From the NCBI GenBank assembly GCA_020137815.1, contig CM035359.1, forward strand, positions 4,774,001 to 4,838,000: a stretch of DNA of 64,000 bases. The letters run 5' to 3'. The first letter of the stretch is position 1, and every line of letters starts with the position of its first letter. This DNA is from Hormiphora californensis (lineage: Eukaryota; Animalia; Ctenophora). The position numbers and the translations under genes are program-made. Shown one piece after another: positions 1 to 20,800 of this stretch. Under the pieces are notes generated by a model. It did not search any database, was not told the origin of the DNA, and worked only from the letters and a program-made list of their open reading frames with translations.

Positions 1-90
1 CCTGCCTGATTTTTGGTGGCTTCGTTTGACGCGCTTCGCGCGGCTGGTAGTGGAGGGGTGACTGCAGTGCCTCACCAAGCCTGATCTTCG

Positions 91-176
91 AATCAGAACG
101 GGGGTCCCCCACCAGACAATTGTATGATGACTATAGTCATCATACAATTGTCTGGTGGGGGACCCCCGTTCTGATT
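91..176. repeat. Perfect 86-bp palindrome with no loop
   Basis: AATCAGAACGGGGGTCCCCCACCAGACAATTGTATGATGACTA is followed directly by its reverse complement; the centre lies in CTATAG at 131-136. Confidence 0.9.
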
Positions 177-558
177 ATAGTGACTACTCAGTCTCAACAA
201 AGTTGTAAAGATGTTAGTCAAGGGAGAGAGGTGTCCTCAGCTACTGTCGAATACTGCTGAATAGAATTACAGTGCTCACCTTTAGAATCTTTCTCTTGAC
301 ACAGCCATCCGGTCCACCTTCAGATTTTTGGGAGGTGTAATTAGTAACATTAGTCTGGTGCAACCTGTCGATAATTAGCTGTTAATTTGCTGTTAATTAT
401 AATGGTAGTGAATAGGAAAGAGCATGTTCTATTGTTACTTGTGACCTGTATGGCGGCGCCATACCCCATTTGATTCTCAATCGACAGTGCGCTCAGATGG
501 GTCGCGGCGCCAGACAGCTTGTGACCTGTCTGTCTATAGTTCTAAGCTAGATTCTGAG

Positions 559-10136
<9,578 letters not shown>

Positions 10137-10207
10137 ATTTTATGACGTTATACTAAAAATAGGGTGATGACACAATTATTCGCGATTCAAATTACAACAG
10201 AAAATTA

Positions 10208-10744
10208 TAGTCTAGAGACGATAGCATCAGTGAGGGTAGGGGATTTCAACATGTACCCGCTTATGTGATAGTGGTATTCGAGTAAAAAAGTTGTCACGTT
10301 CATTAATTGTGCTAATTATTCCATTGAGCTGGCAATATTCGAAATTACGAATGCGACCATCTACGGATTCCATTTTTCACCAGCCGGTAGAGGATGGTTA
10401 GTTGAGTATGCATACCCATTTTTGCCAAATCGGACGCTCCATTGAGAAGCTAGAGCTACAGCTGTTTTTAATCTTTTACTTTGGCTGGCACAACACGAGG
10501 GCCGATTATCAAAAAAGGTCGGAGTTCGAGGTCGGAGTTGGTCGCATTCGATGGGGCCCGATATGAGTTGGTATAAACTGTGTAGGGGTAGATCTATAAT
10601 TCCCCTCGATTCCCCGAACCGTTCAGAAAATATTTAACTTTTCCCGCCAAAATATTTTCCCGTCTAAACGGAAGTACCCCTATCACATAAATTACAGATA
10701 CAGCTTGAAACTAATTCCCCTCACTGACACTATCTTCCCTACTA
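10208..10744. mobile_element. Diverged TIR element just upstream of the GPCR start codon
   Basis: Imperfect inverted arms of about 80 bp (GATAG..TCAGTGAGGG...TTATGTGATAG versus CTATCACATAA...CCCTCACTGA..CTATC). Boundaries approximate. Confidence 0.5.
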
Positions 10745-10993
10745 TTAGAGAATAGTATAGGGACTATAATACAAAGTGACTCTCTAGACGATCATAGAGA
10801 AATAGTGAGAATCCACACTTCTGGGACGGTTGAGTCAAATGGGCAATCAAGAGAGAGAAAAAAGGAGACAGAGCTTTTAGCAATATCAATTTGTGTCCCA
10901 TTTGTCTCTATCACCTCGTTTGCTCTTTTACTTTGCATTTTTCTCCCTCAATCTCCCCCTCTACCCCACTTTTTCTTGCTTTCTTTCTCTACC

Positions 10994-11071
<78 letters not shown>

Positions 11072-11826
11072 CTCTCTCTCTCTCCCTTCTCTCTCCACAT
11101 CCCTTTCTCTGCTCTCTCTCTCTCTCCCTTCCTCTCCCTCTCTCCCTCTCTCTCTCTCTCTCTCTCACCCTCTCTCTCACACACTTTTTCCCATTCTCTC
11201 TCTTCCTCCCTCTCTCTATCTCTCCCCCCCACGTCGCCCCCACCGCTTCTCTCTCTCTCGATCTCAGTGCCTCCCCCCTCCTGCTCCTCTCAGTCTCTCC
11301 TCTCTCCCCCCTCTCTCTCCCCCTCTCTCTCATTACAATAATGGATATCAATAGCCACACCAGCACCACGTGGCTGATTGATGACCCCCCCCACCCCCCC
11401 CCCCCCCCCCAGACGCAGTGCACCACCCAAAAACACATTTTATCAATCTCTGTACAAAGTGAACCATAGACCATAGATAATCAATCTACAAAGTTGCACT
11501 CATAATACTTTATTGTATAGGGTGAACCGGGGTAATTTGCTTAACTTTTTCACTAGATCGGTTCCGGGTTCTCATCCCCGTGTAAAAAAGATGTGTATAG
11601 GCCAACATATTACACAAGATGACTTTCACTATGCTGGAAATTTGTAAGGGTCAGCACACACCAAAGTTAAAATTGAAATTAAAATTTGTAACTTTTTCAG
11701 AGTAAATTTAAACATTTCCATTACATGTCTATAGTTAACTTCTCGTGTTACATGGCAATCATACATGTAGGCCACCGGTAATACCCTTGCTTGAGGCACA
11801 CCCCTCTTATTATAGTCTTATAATAG

Positions 11827-12052
11827 GTGTCTTCAGAAACTCTATGACAGTGTCTTCAGTGTCTTCAGAAACTCTATGACAGTGTCTTCAGAAACTCTAT
11901 GACAGTGTCTTCAGAAACTCTATGACAGTGTCTTCAGAAACTCTATGACAGTGTCTTCAGTGTCTTCAGAAACTCTATGACAGTGTCTTCAGAAACTCTA
12001 TGACAGTGTCTTCAGAAACTCTATGACAGTGTCTTCAGAAACTCTATGACAG
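11827..12052. repeat. 23-bp tandem repeat
   Basis: About 9 copies of GTGTCTTCAGAAACTCTATGACA plus two truncated units. Confidence 0.95.
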
Positions 12053-12550
12053 GTGGAGACTGGAGGAATGACAGCTAATTTCGCAAGAATGCATGCAAAT
12101 AGTTGACGTTTTCGCCGCCATTAAAACCCTTAAAGTTGACAGATTCTGAATGATTGGTTGGTGACGCAGCCACCCCTACACTAGGCGTGTGCAGCGCAGC
12201 TAAACGAAGCCTTCGAAGGGGATGTCATCACCAAAATGATTGGAAAACTGCAAACCTTAATAATCAATGATAACTAAAAGTTCGCAGTTTGCAGTTTTAA
12301 AAAAGCTCTCAAATGATAACTGTTGGCAGATTCTGAATGATTATTAAAGTTTGCAGTTGCAGGGTTTTCAAAAAGCTCTCAAATGAAGAAATAACATTTT
12401 AGATCAAGCCCAAGCTGTAGCCCATCAATATCAGATTATATATTCTAGATATGATGATGCATACAATATCGTAGATTGAATACTCCATACTCATGACATA
12501 GTTTGTGAATGAGAACGTGAATTTGATAGTGAAAGAAATATTTTGAGATA

Positions 12551-12737
12551 CAGTCGGACCCCGATTTAGGGGCCCCCGATTTAGGGGCCCCCGATTTAGT
12601 GGCACCCCGATTTAGGGACATGATTTTTTTTCCCTGATATAGGAAATTAACCTTATTTGACCCCGATTTAGTGGACACCCCGATTTAGTGGACAAGAGCC
12701 TTTCCCCCGAGGGTGTCCCTAAATCGGGGTCCGACTG
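12551..12737. mobile_element. MITE with TA TSD (Tc1/mariner/pogo-type), family A
   Basis: TA|CAGTCGGACCCCGATTTAG ... CTAAATCGGGGTCCGACTG|TA with internal CCCCGATTTAG repeats. Confidence 0.85.
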
Positions 12738-13000
12738 TATAAGAATCATAGATCGAGCAACTTAATTTAAATTAACACAAAATGTATACCCATATAATAC
12801 ATTTTGTATATTCAACAGCAACTGAATTTTATATTTCAAAAAAAGTAAGAATACTCGACTCTATACTATGTATACCAACTTTCTCATTTTGGCCCGAAAA
12901 TATCTCAACAACCCACTTTTTTATTTACCAAATAAAAAAATCCCTACAGTGTTTCACTACACATAAATATCTACATATCTCTCTGAAATCTGAATACGTA

Positions 13001-13065
13001 CAGTCGGACTCCGATTTACCAGGAGGTTTTTCCCCCGAGTATCCCGTTAAATCGGGGTCCGACTG
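13001..13065. mobile_element. Short MITE, family A
   Basis: TA|CAGTCGGACTCCGATTTA ... TAAATCGGGGTCCGACTG|TA. Confidence 0.8.
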
Positions 13066-13334
13066 TAACTTCAAATATAGTTATTGTCTATAATATACTC
13101 GATTGAATTGTTCCCTGGGGTCACTGGGGTCGATCGAATTCATACTCTATTATAATTTAAAAGATCTCTGTCTGCATCGAGTACACTTGGCCGATCGAAT
13201 TACAGGCGATTCAAAACTGGAATTAAGGGTCATCACGGTGCATCGGTTTAGTTAGATTCCATAATATGCTAGCTCGCATTTCCACCAATTAAGTCCACCA
13301 CAGCATCACTTTTAGATCTGTCATCTTCGCTCCT

Positions 13335-13900
13335 TCAATAGATCCCCGTTCTCATTCGACACCCAGTCTTCATAATTTCTGATGCTTTCTCTTTCATCTC
13401 CTGCAGCTTCTTCTTTTCACTGAGAATATTATCGTTAGTGAAATATCTAACGGCCAAAAAGTTCGGAATGACCAATCCAACTTTTTCTGGCTAAAAACTG
13501 AGTTAGAAGTCTGCAGCTTATACCTGTGAAGATTGATAACCGTCCTAAGAAGATCGTTAGTACTGGCTGTCCCTCCTAGTCGTTGTACCGCTATGTCCGC
13601 TAGTTTTCGGTCGTACCCCAACTTTGTGGCATAGGCAACAAACCTGCGAGTAAATATAAGATTGTTGTTAGAATTCATTGATTGCACCTCCTTCATGATG
13701 AGAATAGTCAAATGTCCTCTATTGAATGGTGTTAGCAAAGATAATAACTCTCCATACCGGCATACCGCGGTGGTCCACACATTTTTCGTGCCAATCAAAT
13801 TCGACCTTATCGAGCAAACTTACGATCTTCCATTGTCGTTATTGTTGTTCTTAGAGTTGCTGGAGAACCCGCTCCTGTGACAGAATGAACTTGAATTCAT
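13335..13900 (-). CDS. Small 3-exon protein (118 aa) with a Regnase/ZC3H12-type N-terminal UBA-like domain
   Basis: Exons 13824-13900, 13524-13718 and 13335-13419 join in frame (357 nt; GTAAGT donor, GCTAAC branch site). FVAYATKLGYDRKLADIAVQRLGGTASTNDLLRTVI resembles, from memory, Regnase-1 FFRKLGYS...LQKLGVQADTNTVLGEL. Confidence 0.6.
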
Positions 13901-13994
13901 TTCATATAACTTAATCTGAAGAAGGATATAACTTAATCTAAAGAAGGATACATATTCGATTATTGTTTATTAAATTAATAATCATAAAATCATA

Positions 13995-14790
13995 GGGAGG
14001 AGACATACTGAAGTTCGGAAATGTGAAATCAACCATTTTTCCCCGCCCGGGTGAAGGCCGAAGGCCTTCACCTGGATGCCTTTTGCAAAAAGGCATAGGG
14101 GGTTTAGAAATCTAAACGGATATAGTGACTATGTGTAGCAAGTCAGCTCTCTTGTCCCGTTCCAGGTTGCGAGGGGCAACATGTAGCAACTAGAGCCGCG
14201 CACACAACAACAACCTGCTCCTTCATAAACCAATTCATTGACACGTTTTCAGGAAATGTGTGGCGCGCAATTCCGCAATGTGGCGCGCAATTTAGAGTTA
14301 CTAAAACACAATGATTTGTTCCATACTGTTTGGGTGATGTATAAATCATCCGAAAGTCTGTCCCGCCTTCGTGTTACTGTTAGAAATGAAACGTTGGCGG
14401 GGAAACATAGCATTATGAAACATAATGCATTTATTCTTGTTGACTGAGAAATCATTTGCAAGAGGCTTATTTTTTCACTAGTACATCTCTCGAGGTGTCC
14501 TTTATCCATAATGAGTAAATTCCGGTAAATTTAACCGATTTTTGGCATGTTTGGTAAATTGGGACAAATGTGACCGGATTAGCCAAAAATGCCAAAATGG
14601 TGAAATTGACTCATTATGGATAAAGGGAACCTCGAGAGATGTACATACCAATAAAAAATTAGTCTCATGGAAATGATTTCTCAATCGAAAATGGTTGATT
14701 CCATATTTCCGCGTAACTACGAACTTCGAACTTCATTGTTTGTGTTGAGATCTCAATGTGTGTGTGACGAACTTCAACATGTCTCCTCCC
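13995..14790. mobile_element. Non-autonomous TIR element
   Basis: TIRs GGGAGGAGACATACTGAAGTTCG and CGAACTTCAACATGTCTCCTCCC, with ATA on both flanks. Confidence 0.65.
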
Positions 14791-15461
14791 ATATAAAAGA
14801 TAAGGGTTACTGAATACATTTAAACATATTATATCGGCAATGGATACAAGTTGTTGGGCAGGAAATGGGAAACAGGCCGATAGTGCACTAAAGGAGGAAA
14901 TGATGTGCTTCTAACACAAACTTAAAAATGGTTATGTATAATTAACCGACTCAATTTATTCGCAACGAGCATATTATAACGTTAGAAAGAAAGTTATATT
15001 TATTCATTTTATATTGAGAAAGGCAGGGCAGCCTTCTTTATAGTGCAGCGCAACAAAGGGGTGGACTAGGCGTGGCGGGAGGGCTACTGGCACACCCAAT
15101 CATCCCCATTTGATTAAATATTTAATTTTAAACTGAAGAAAATGCAGGGGATGATTGGCTGTCACCCATCGTAATGATGATCTGCAATAGATATTAGATG
15201 TCAAATGGCTAAAGGGTATATTATAGCGTGACCTAGCGTTTGCACAATACGAAATGTTAATCTATAGAGTGATTCGCAGCCCCACCCGCAAATTTGTACC
15301 GCGACCGTACTCCATTCTCATTCTGTAAGGGAAGCCATTTAAGTCATGTTTACATTTATCATTCATAATTTATATATTCGACCCTCGACTTCATTTTCGC
15401 GGTATTATAGCCCTAATATAATAACATGTCATTATCTTTTTTCTCTTCCTATCTCATCCCC

Positions 15462-15530
<69 letters not shown>

Positions 15531-15889
15531 CCTATCTCTCTTCTCTTCCTATTTCTCAGAAAAGTATCGGCTGCACGTGCCGGAATCGAATAGCGGGTAG
15601 AAAAAGGACGCCCTCCAATACCTCCAGTATTTATACACCCCAGCTGTATGTGATGCGTTATCTTACCAAACAACCCCGCAGCTTCAAGCATGTCACCTCA
15701 TTGCACTTTGCAGAACGTCTACGTTCAACCATTCACGCAGCTGTGTTTTAGCTTTGTGTAAAAATATGAGCACGTGCCGTTCCTAATTTGATTCTGGAAC
15801 CTGAAGATAGGCAGCACATGGTCTGAGCAGCACAGGAGAAGGCCTTATATTGTATAAGATTAGATTAATATACAGGAAGCAATATGAAG

Positions 15890-16007
15890 GACACTTGGGA
15901 ATATGTCACAGGGCAGTTTTGGTTCCGGCTAAAGTTCGAAAGAACAGCAGCTGTTCTTAGCTGCTAAGCTTACAAGAAGGATGAATGAATTGTCATGTGA
16001 ATATATA
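15890..16007. repeat. Local 70-90 bp repeat unit; the family continues at 26630-26940 and 28243-28415
   Basis: GCAGTTTTGGTTCCGGCTAAA...GAAAGAACAGC...AAGCTTACAAGAAG...TGTGAATAT recurs on both sides of the LTR element. Confidence 0.8.
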
Positions 16008-16479
16008 TGTACGGTCAGCACCCTATCTCAGATCCCTAGCCCCCGATTCCAAGCATTATGCATTCATTCATATATATTCAACCTGTGGTGCCACTGTTCG
16101 TGCCCCCTGGGACCGCCACCCTGTCTGCCTACCCTTAGTTACAGAGGGGCGGTAACTGGATGGAGGTCCCAGGGCGGGCTAAGTGCATTTACAGCCACAG
16201 GTGGTATTGTGCTCTAGTTCCCCTCTATTTCACGCCTCATCATTCATTGCACCACGTAGTGCAGACTCCTTGACAACCCAGGCAGGGCACGTGACCATTG
16301 AGATGACCAATGAGAACGCAGGATTGTGTTTTGTATGAGAGAGAACCGGGCTCGCAGGAGTCGAGAGCGATCCAAGTTAGTAGGCAGTCTATTCGAACCA
16401 CCTAAAACTTCGTTGTTAACAGTAACTCCTGAAAACCCCCTTCACCACCCCTTCTAATATCACCGAAGGTCACCCTACA
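16008..16479 (+). repeat. 5' LTR (472 bp)
   Basis: TGTACGGTCAGC...CACCCTACA, matching 26158-26629 with no mismatch seen. Confidence 0.97.
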
Positions 16480-16481
16480 TT

Positions 16482-16498
16482 TGGTGGCCACGCAGGGG
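16482..16498 (+). promoter_or_regulatory. Primer-binding site (possibly tRNA-Ile)
   Basis: TGGTGGCCACGCAGGGG starts 2 nt after the LTR. Its reverse complement ends GGCC-A-CCA, like the acceptor end of eukaryotic tRNA-Ile(AAU); the tRNA identity is inference. Confidence 0.8.
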
Positions 16499-16666
16499 CA
16501 TTCTACTACTTCGACTCCTGCCGCACCTCTCCTCATTCGAATTCTCAGACGTGTGTTAAGTGTTTGAGAATTTTTTCAGACAACTTGAGCCTAGGAACTC
16601 CTTAGACGTGTGCCTAGGAACCTTACCTACGAGAGCCCAGACATTTCTTTGACGTGTGTCTCAGAA

Positions 16667-17782
16667 ATGGCAGACCAAAAGTTGGAGAAGATACTCGCTG
16701 GACTGGACCCCGAGGACCGAAAAGCCGTGGAGAAAAGAATGAAGGCTGTCTCCAACAACCCGGGTCCCAGCAATGTTCGAGAGCTCTTAACCGTATCCAG
16801 AAAGCCACCCATTTTCAATCCCGAGACCATGGAGATAGACCGATTCATACGGTCTTTTGAGAGCTACGTACATAGCCTCGATTTGCCTGACCAGGAAATG
16901 CAAAACTCCTTCCGGTCATACTTGTCCGAAGATATGGTTGCACGTATAGATCAAGCGGCCGACCCTGAAGAAGAGGACATGTCTTGGGCTGATTTCAAGA
17001 TATTGGTGACCGATACCCTCATTACCATCAAACGGGAGAGAGGAATGCTTGCTAGGCTATCGCTGAAAACCGCTGCCCAGGAGGCCGGGGAGACCCTCAC
17101 CGAGTTCGGCGACCGGATCTCGAAACTTGGATGGCTTGCCTACCCGAAGTCTGAAGACAGAATCCTGAGAGAAGAACGACTGAAGGATGCACTGTCTAAC
17201 GGAGCTTCCAAAGATCAGGTCCGTATCTGGTTAGCCCAACATGCCGAATCGCTGAGCTACCAAGAACTGATGAGCGGAGCGGTACAGCTCGATGTGGCCC
17301 TTAGAACTTCACAGCAGAGAAACAACAACCCTGAAGTGAGTGTATTCCCTGCCCAGACTAGTTTCCCCAGGCCCCCTGGTCCCTCTCAAATTCATCCGAG
17401 TCCCTACAATTACCCAAGCGACCCTGGCAACTGGGCACAAGGTGCTGCTATGCGGAATCCTAGATTCAACGATTACTCTGCTAGCAACCCCAGACTGTGT
17501 TGGGAGTGCAATCAGCCCGGCCACATTCAGAGATTCTGTCCTAATGTGAGTGCTCAAGTACCTTCCTCTTCTAACTATCGGAGAGGACCCCGGCCCCACA
17601 GGAACTACAACAACCAGTATCACCAGTCTAACCGCCAGCAATACAATCCCAGAGGAAATCAAAACTTTGCGGGACATCAAAACGGATTGGGATTCACTCG
17701 ATACGGAGACACTTACAATCCCAGACCATCGTCCTCTTTCGTGCCTCACTCCACTAACCCCTTTCATCAGACAAAAAACTAG
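16667..17782 (+). CDS. gag: Gag with one CCHC zinc knuckle
   Basis: First ATG at 16667 (MADQKLEK); capsid-like Q..GETL.EF motif; knuckle CWECNQPGHIQRFC; Asn/Gln/Arg-rich tail. Confidence 0.92.
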   Translation: MADQKLEKILAGLDPEDRKAVEKRMKAVSNNPGPSNVRELLTVSRKPPIFNPETMEIDRFIRSFESYVHSLDLPDQEMQNSFRSYLSEDMVARIDQAADPEEEDMSWADFKILVTDTLITIKRERGMLARLSLKTAAQEAGETLTEFGDRISKLGWLAYPKSEDRILREERLKDALSNGASKDQVRIWLAQHAESLSYQELMSGAVQLDVALRTSQQRNNNPEVSVFPAQTSFPRPPGPSQIHPSPYNYPSDPGNWAQGAAMRNPRFNDYSASNPRLCWECNQPGHIQRFCPNVSAQVPSSSNYRRGPRPHRNYNNQYHQSNRQQYNPRGNQNFAGHQNGLGFTRYGDTYNPRPSSSFVPHSTNPFHQTKN

Positions 17783-17807
17783 TTCGTCCCTCCCAACCGG
17801 GGAGGGA
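17773..17807 (+). promoter_or_regulatory. -1 ribosomal frameshift signal
   Basis: A AAA AAC heptamer (17773-17779) directly before the gag TAG, a 7-nt spacer, then stem-loop TCCCTCCC-AACCG-GGGAGGGA. The pol frame is -1 and stays open from here to the protease. Confidence 0.88.
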
Positions 17808-20800
17808 AGACAGTGCAGCATTCGAGTCACCGGCAACCGAAGTACTGAGACTGCTAAAACCAATCATCCAGGGGAAAGAACGATCACCGGTTATAAACTG
17901 CGTCCCGGAAACATCGGATATAAAAGCGTGCGGTGGCTGCTCTTTCGTGACTGCACGTGTCAAGGGAAAAGATGGGGAGTTTCTCGCCTTAGTAGATACA
18001 GGGGCGTGTGCCACCTTAGTATCTTCTCGGGTAATTCAACACCTCAACTTTGAGACTAGGACGGAGCCCCTTGTACTCGACCTGATAGGTGTGGGAGGTC
18101 AGAGATTGGGAGCTAAAGGACTCATTAGAGACTTGAACCTCACTCTGGATGAGCTCACATTACCAACAAAAATGGTGGTGGCCGATATTGCTGAGGATAT
18201 GATTCTTGGTCAAGACTTCCTTGAGCGCCATGGATTCCTCGTGGACTTTAAGGAGAGACATTTAAAGAATGCTGCGGTGTGTATTGACATGGTTACCGGA
18301 CCAGATCGACCAAATATTTACACTGTACAGGTCTCGGAGGACCAACATGTAACTGCGGAAGGATATCTCTCGTGTACCGTCTTAGATGAGAATGGGATAC
18401 CTCCACTGGATGCAGTCTACAGTCTCAAATTTGCAGAAGTTTTGGAAGTACTACACTCTGATACTGACCCGTTAGGACTCTGGCCAGTGGAAGGAGGTAC
18501 TATCCATCTGCCCGTAACTATAGAGGATCCTGAGGTAACGTTGACTTTTCCTTCGGGATTGGTTGTTGGTTCTATTTCCCCACTGCCGCTTGCTTTGAAT
18601 CAGATGACTTTAGAACCACCAAACACTTTCACCGGAGACTTTGATCCGGAAAGAATTGCCCGCATCTGGAAAGACCTTGACCTGATGAACCACGATGAAC
18701 TTTCCAAGGACCAGAAGAAGCTAATGGAGGATCTGGTCTCCCAGTTTGCTGACGTGTTCGCCCTTGATAGGACCGAAATAGGTTGTACAGATCTGGTTGA
18801 GCATGAAATCCATCTGAACACCTCCTCCCCAATTCGAACTCCGTACAGGCGTGTGCCTTTACATCTGAGATCGGAATGTATTGCTGAGCTCGAACACCTC
18901 TTGCAGTGTGGCATCCTGGAACATAGTGAGTCTGACTATAATTCTCCTACCATGATAGTAAAAAAGGGGGATAGGGTAAGGTTGATTCTTGATTTCAGAG
19001 CTATCAACAAGATCACCACCCGGTCTTATTGTACCCTGCCCGCTATGAATACTATGACAGCAGGTTGTTCGGGCTGCTCCTGGTTCTCTTCGCTTGACCT
19101 GAAGGAGGGTTTCTTACAAGTCCCTCTAAAAGTTGAGCACAGAAAGTTTACTGCTTTTGCCGTACCAGGAGTGGGTCATTTCCAATTCACTCGAATGGCT
19201 CTTGGGCTCTGCGGGGCACCTGGGACGTTCCAGTGCCTTCTTGATCGTATCTTCGCGGGAGTGCCTCCCTCAGTAGCTTCTACCTTTATTGACGACATCC
19301 TCTCACCTGCGAAGACTGTGGGGGAAATGATCGAGAATCTGAAGGTGATCTTCGGGAGATTGAAGATCTCCAAACTCCGTCTCAGTCCCAAAAAGTGCAA
19401 GCTCTTCAAACGGAAGATTAAATACTGCGGCGTCTTGCTATCAAAAGAGGGAATAGAGGCAGACTCTGAAAAGATTCGAGCGGTGACCGAAATGCCCCTC
19501 CCTAACTCCTTCAAAGAAGCACGCTGTATTCTAGGAAGTTATTCTTGGTTCCGCCAGCACATCCCTGATTTCGCATTGCATGCTCGAGGTCTCATTGACT
19601 GTCTAAAGGGAGAAAAATTCATCCTTACATCTGAAGCTAGAGAAAGCATCTCGCAGCTCAACAAAGCTCTCACCCGGCCTCCGGTTCTGACATTTGCCGA
19701 TCCTGATAAAGAGATGATAGTTTATACTGATGCTTCGCTAATTGGCATCGGTGGTTGTATCGGTCACAACTTGGAAGGTAATTTCCACCCTGTCTCGTAT
19801 AGCTCCCGAATACTCACTGAGAGAGAGCAACGCTGGCCTTCCTTCAAGAGGGAGCTGTTCTCCCTGTACTACCATATCACCCAAAGATGGAGATACTTTT
19901 TAGTTGGGGCTAAGTTCCAAGCCTATGTGGATATGAAGGCCATCACTCTGGACGGTTTTATGAAACACGCTACCCAAGCCATTATTCTCCGGTGGCTGAT
20001 GGAACTCTCGTGCTTTGACTTTAAACTGGAATTCAAAGCTGGCAAGCTTATGGAGGTACCTGACTGTCTTTCCAGGCTTCCTGTCTCTTCAGATGAGCTC
20101 TTTGAATGGTGGACTGGACCTACTGGTGATCTGGAACGCCCCGTCCCCTGGAACCCGACTGATGATCCTCCGGATGATACAGATCGAGAAGTGGCCTGTA
20201 TGACTGCCGACGTGGCGCTAGAAAGATCGGATCCGGGCGTGCGCCTGTTTCCTGATTCCTCACCTGTTGGTAGTTTTGAAAACCCGATTCCTGGTTATTT
20301 CAGCACTGAACTACTTAACGCTCAGCAAAGAGATGACAACATCAAGTTGGTAATTACGTGGCTAGTGGAGGACATTAAACCACCAGTCTCTACTGAACTC
20401 ACTCCTGATTTGTACTGGTACTGGTGCTACTACAACCACTTGACGGTGAACGGCAAGGGCTTGTTGTGCTACAAGTACCACCGCCGTAACTCACAGAAGT
20501 TTGCAGAGCTCGTGATCCTGCCCCCCGAACTGATAGAATGCAGTATTAAAGCTCACCATGACCTGGATAGTAGTGGCCACCTAGGACCAAAGAAAACTGT
20601 TGAGAGAATGAAGGAGAAATACTACTTCCGAGGTCTATCAGACAAGGTCAAATACTACTGTGACACTTGCGAAACCTGCTTCATAAATAATCGGCCCTAC
20701 CTGAAAAAACCGGCAGCCCCTCTTCGCTTGTGGGTAAACAACAGGCCAAACCAGTGTGTAGCCATCGATCTGGTTGGGCCCATACGAGGACCGTGTCACT

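Noticed and set aside
11827-12052. CRISPR-like appearance of tandem repeats (also 4013-4558 and 61061-62772)
   Set aside because: No unique spacers, no cas genes, and a eukaryotic context.
17947-17949. GTG start for pol from the ORF track
   Set aside because: The frame is open back to the slippery site, so pol is better explained as a frameshift fusion with gag.
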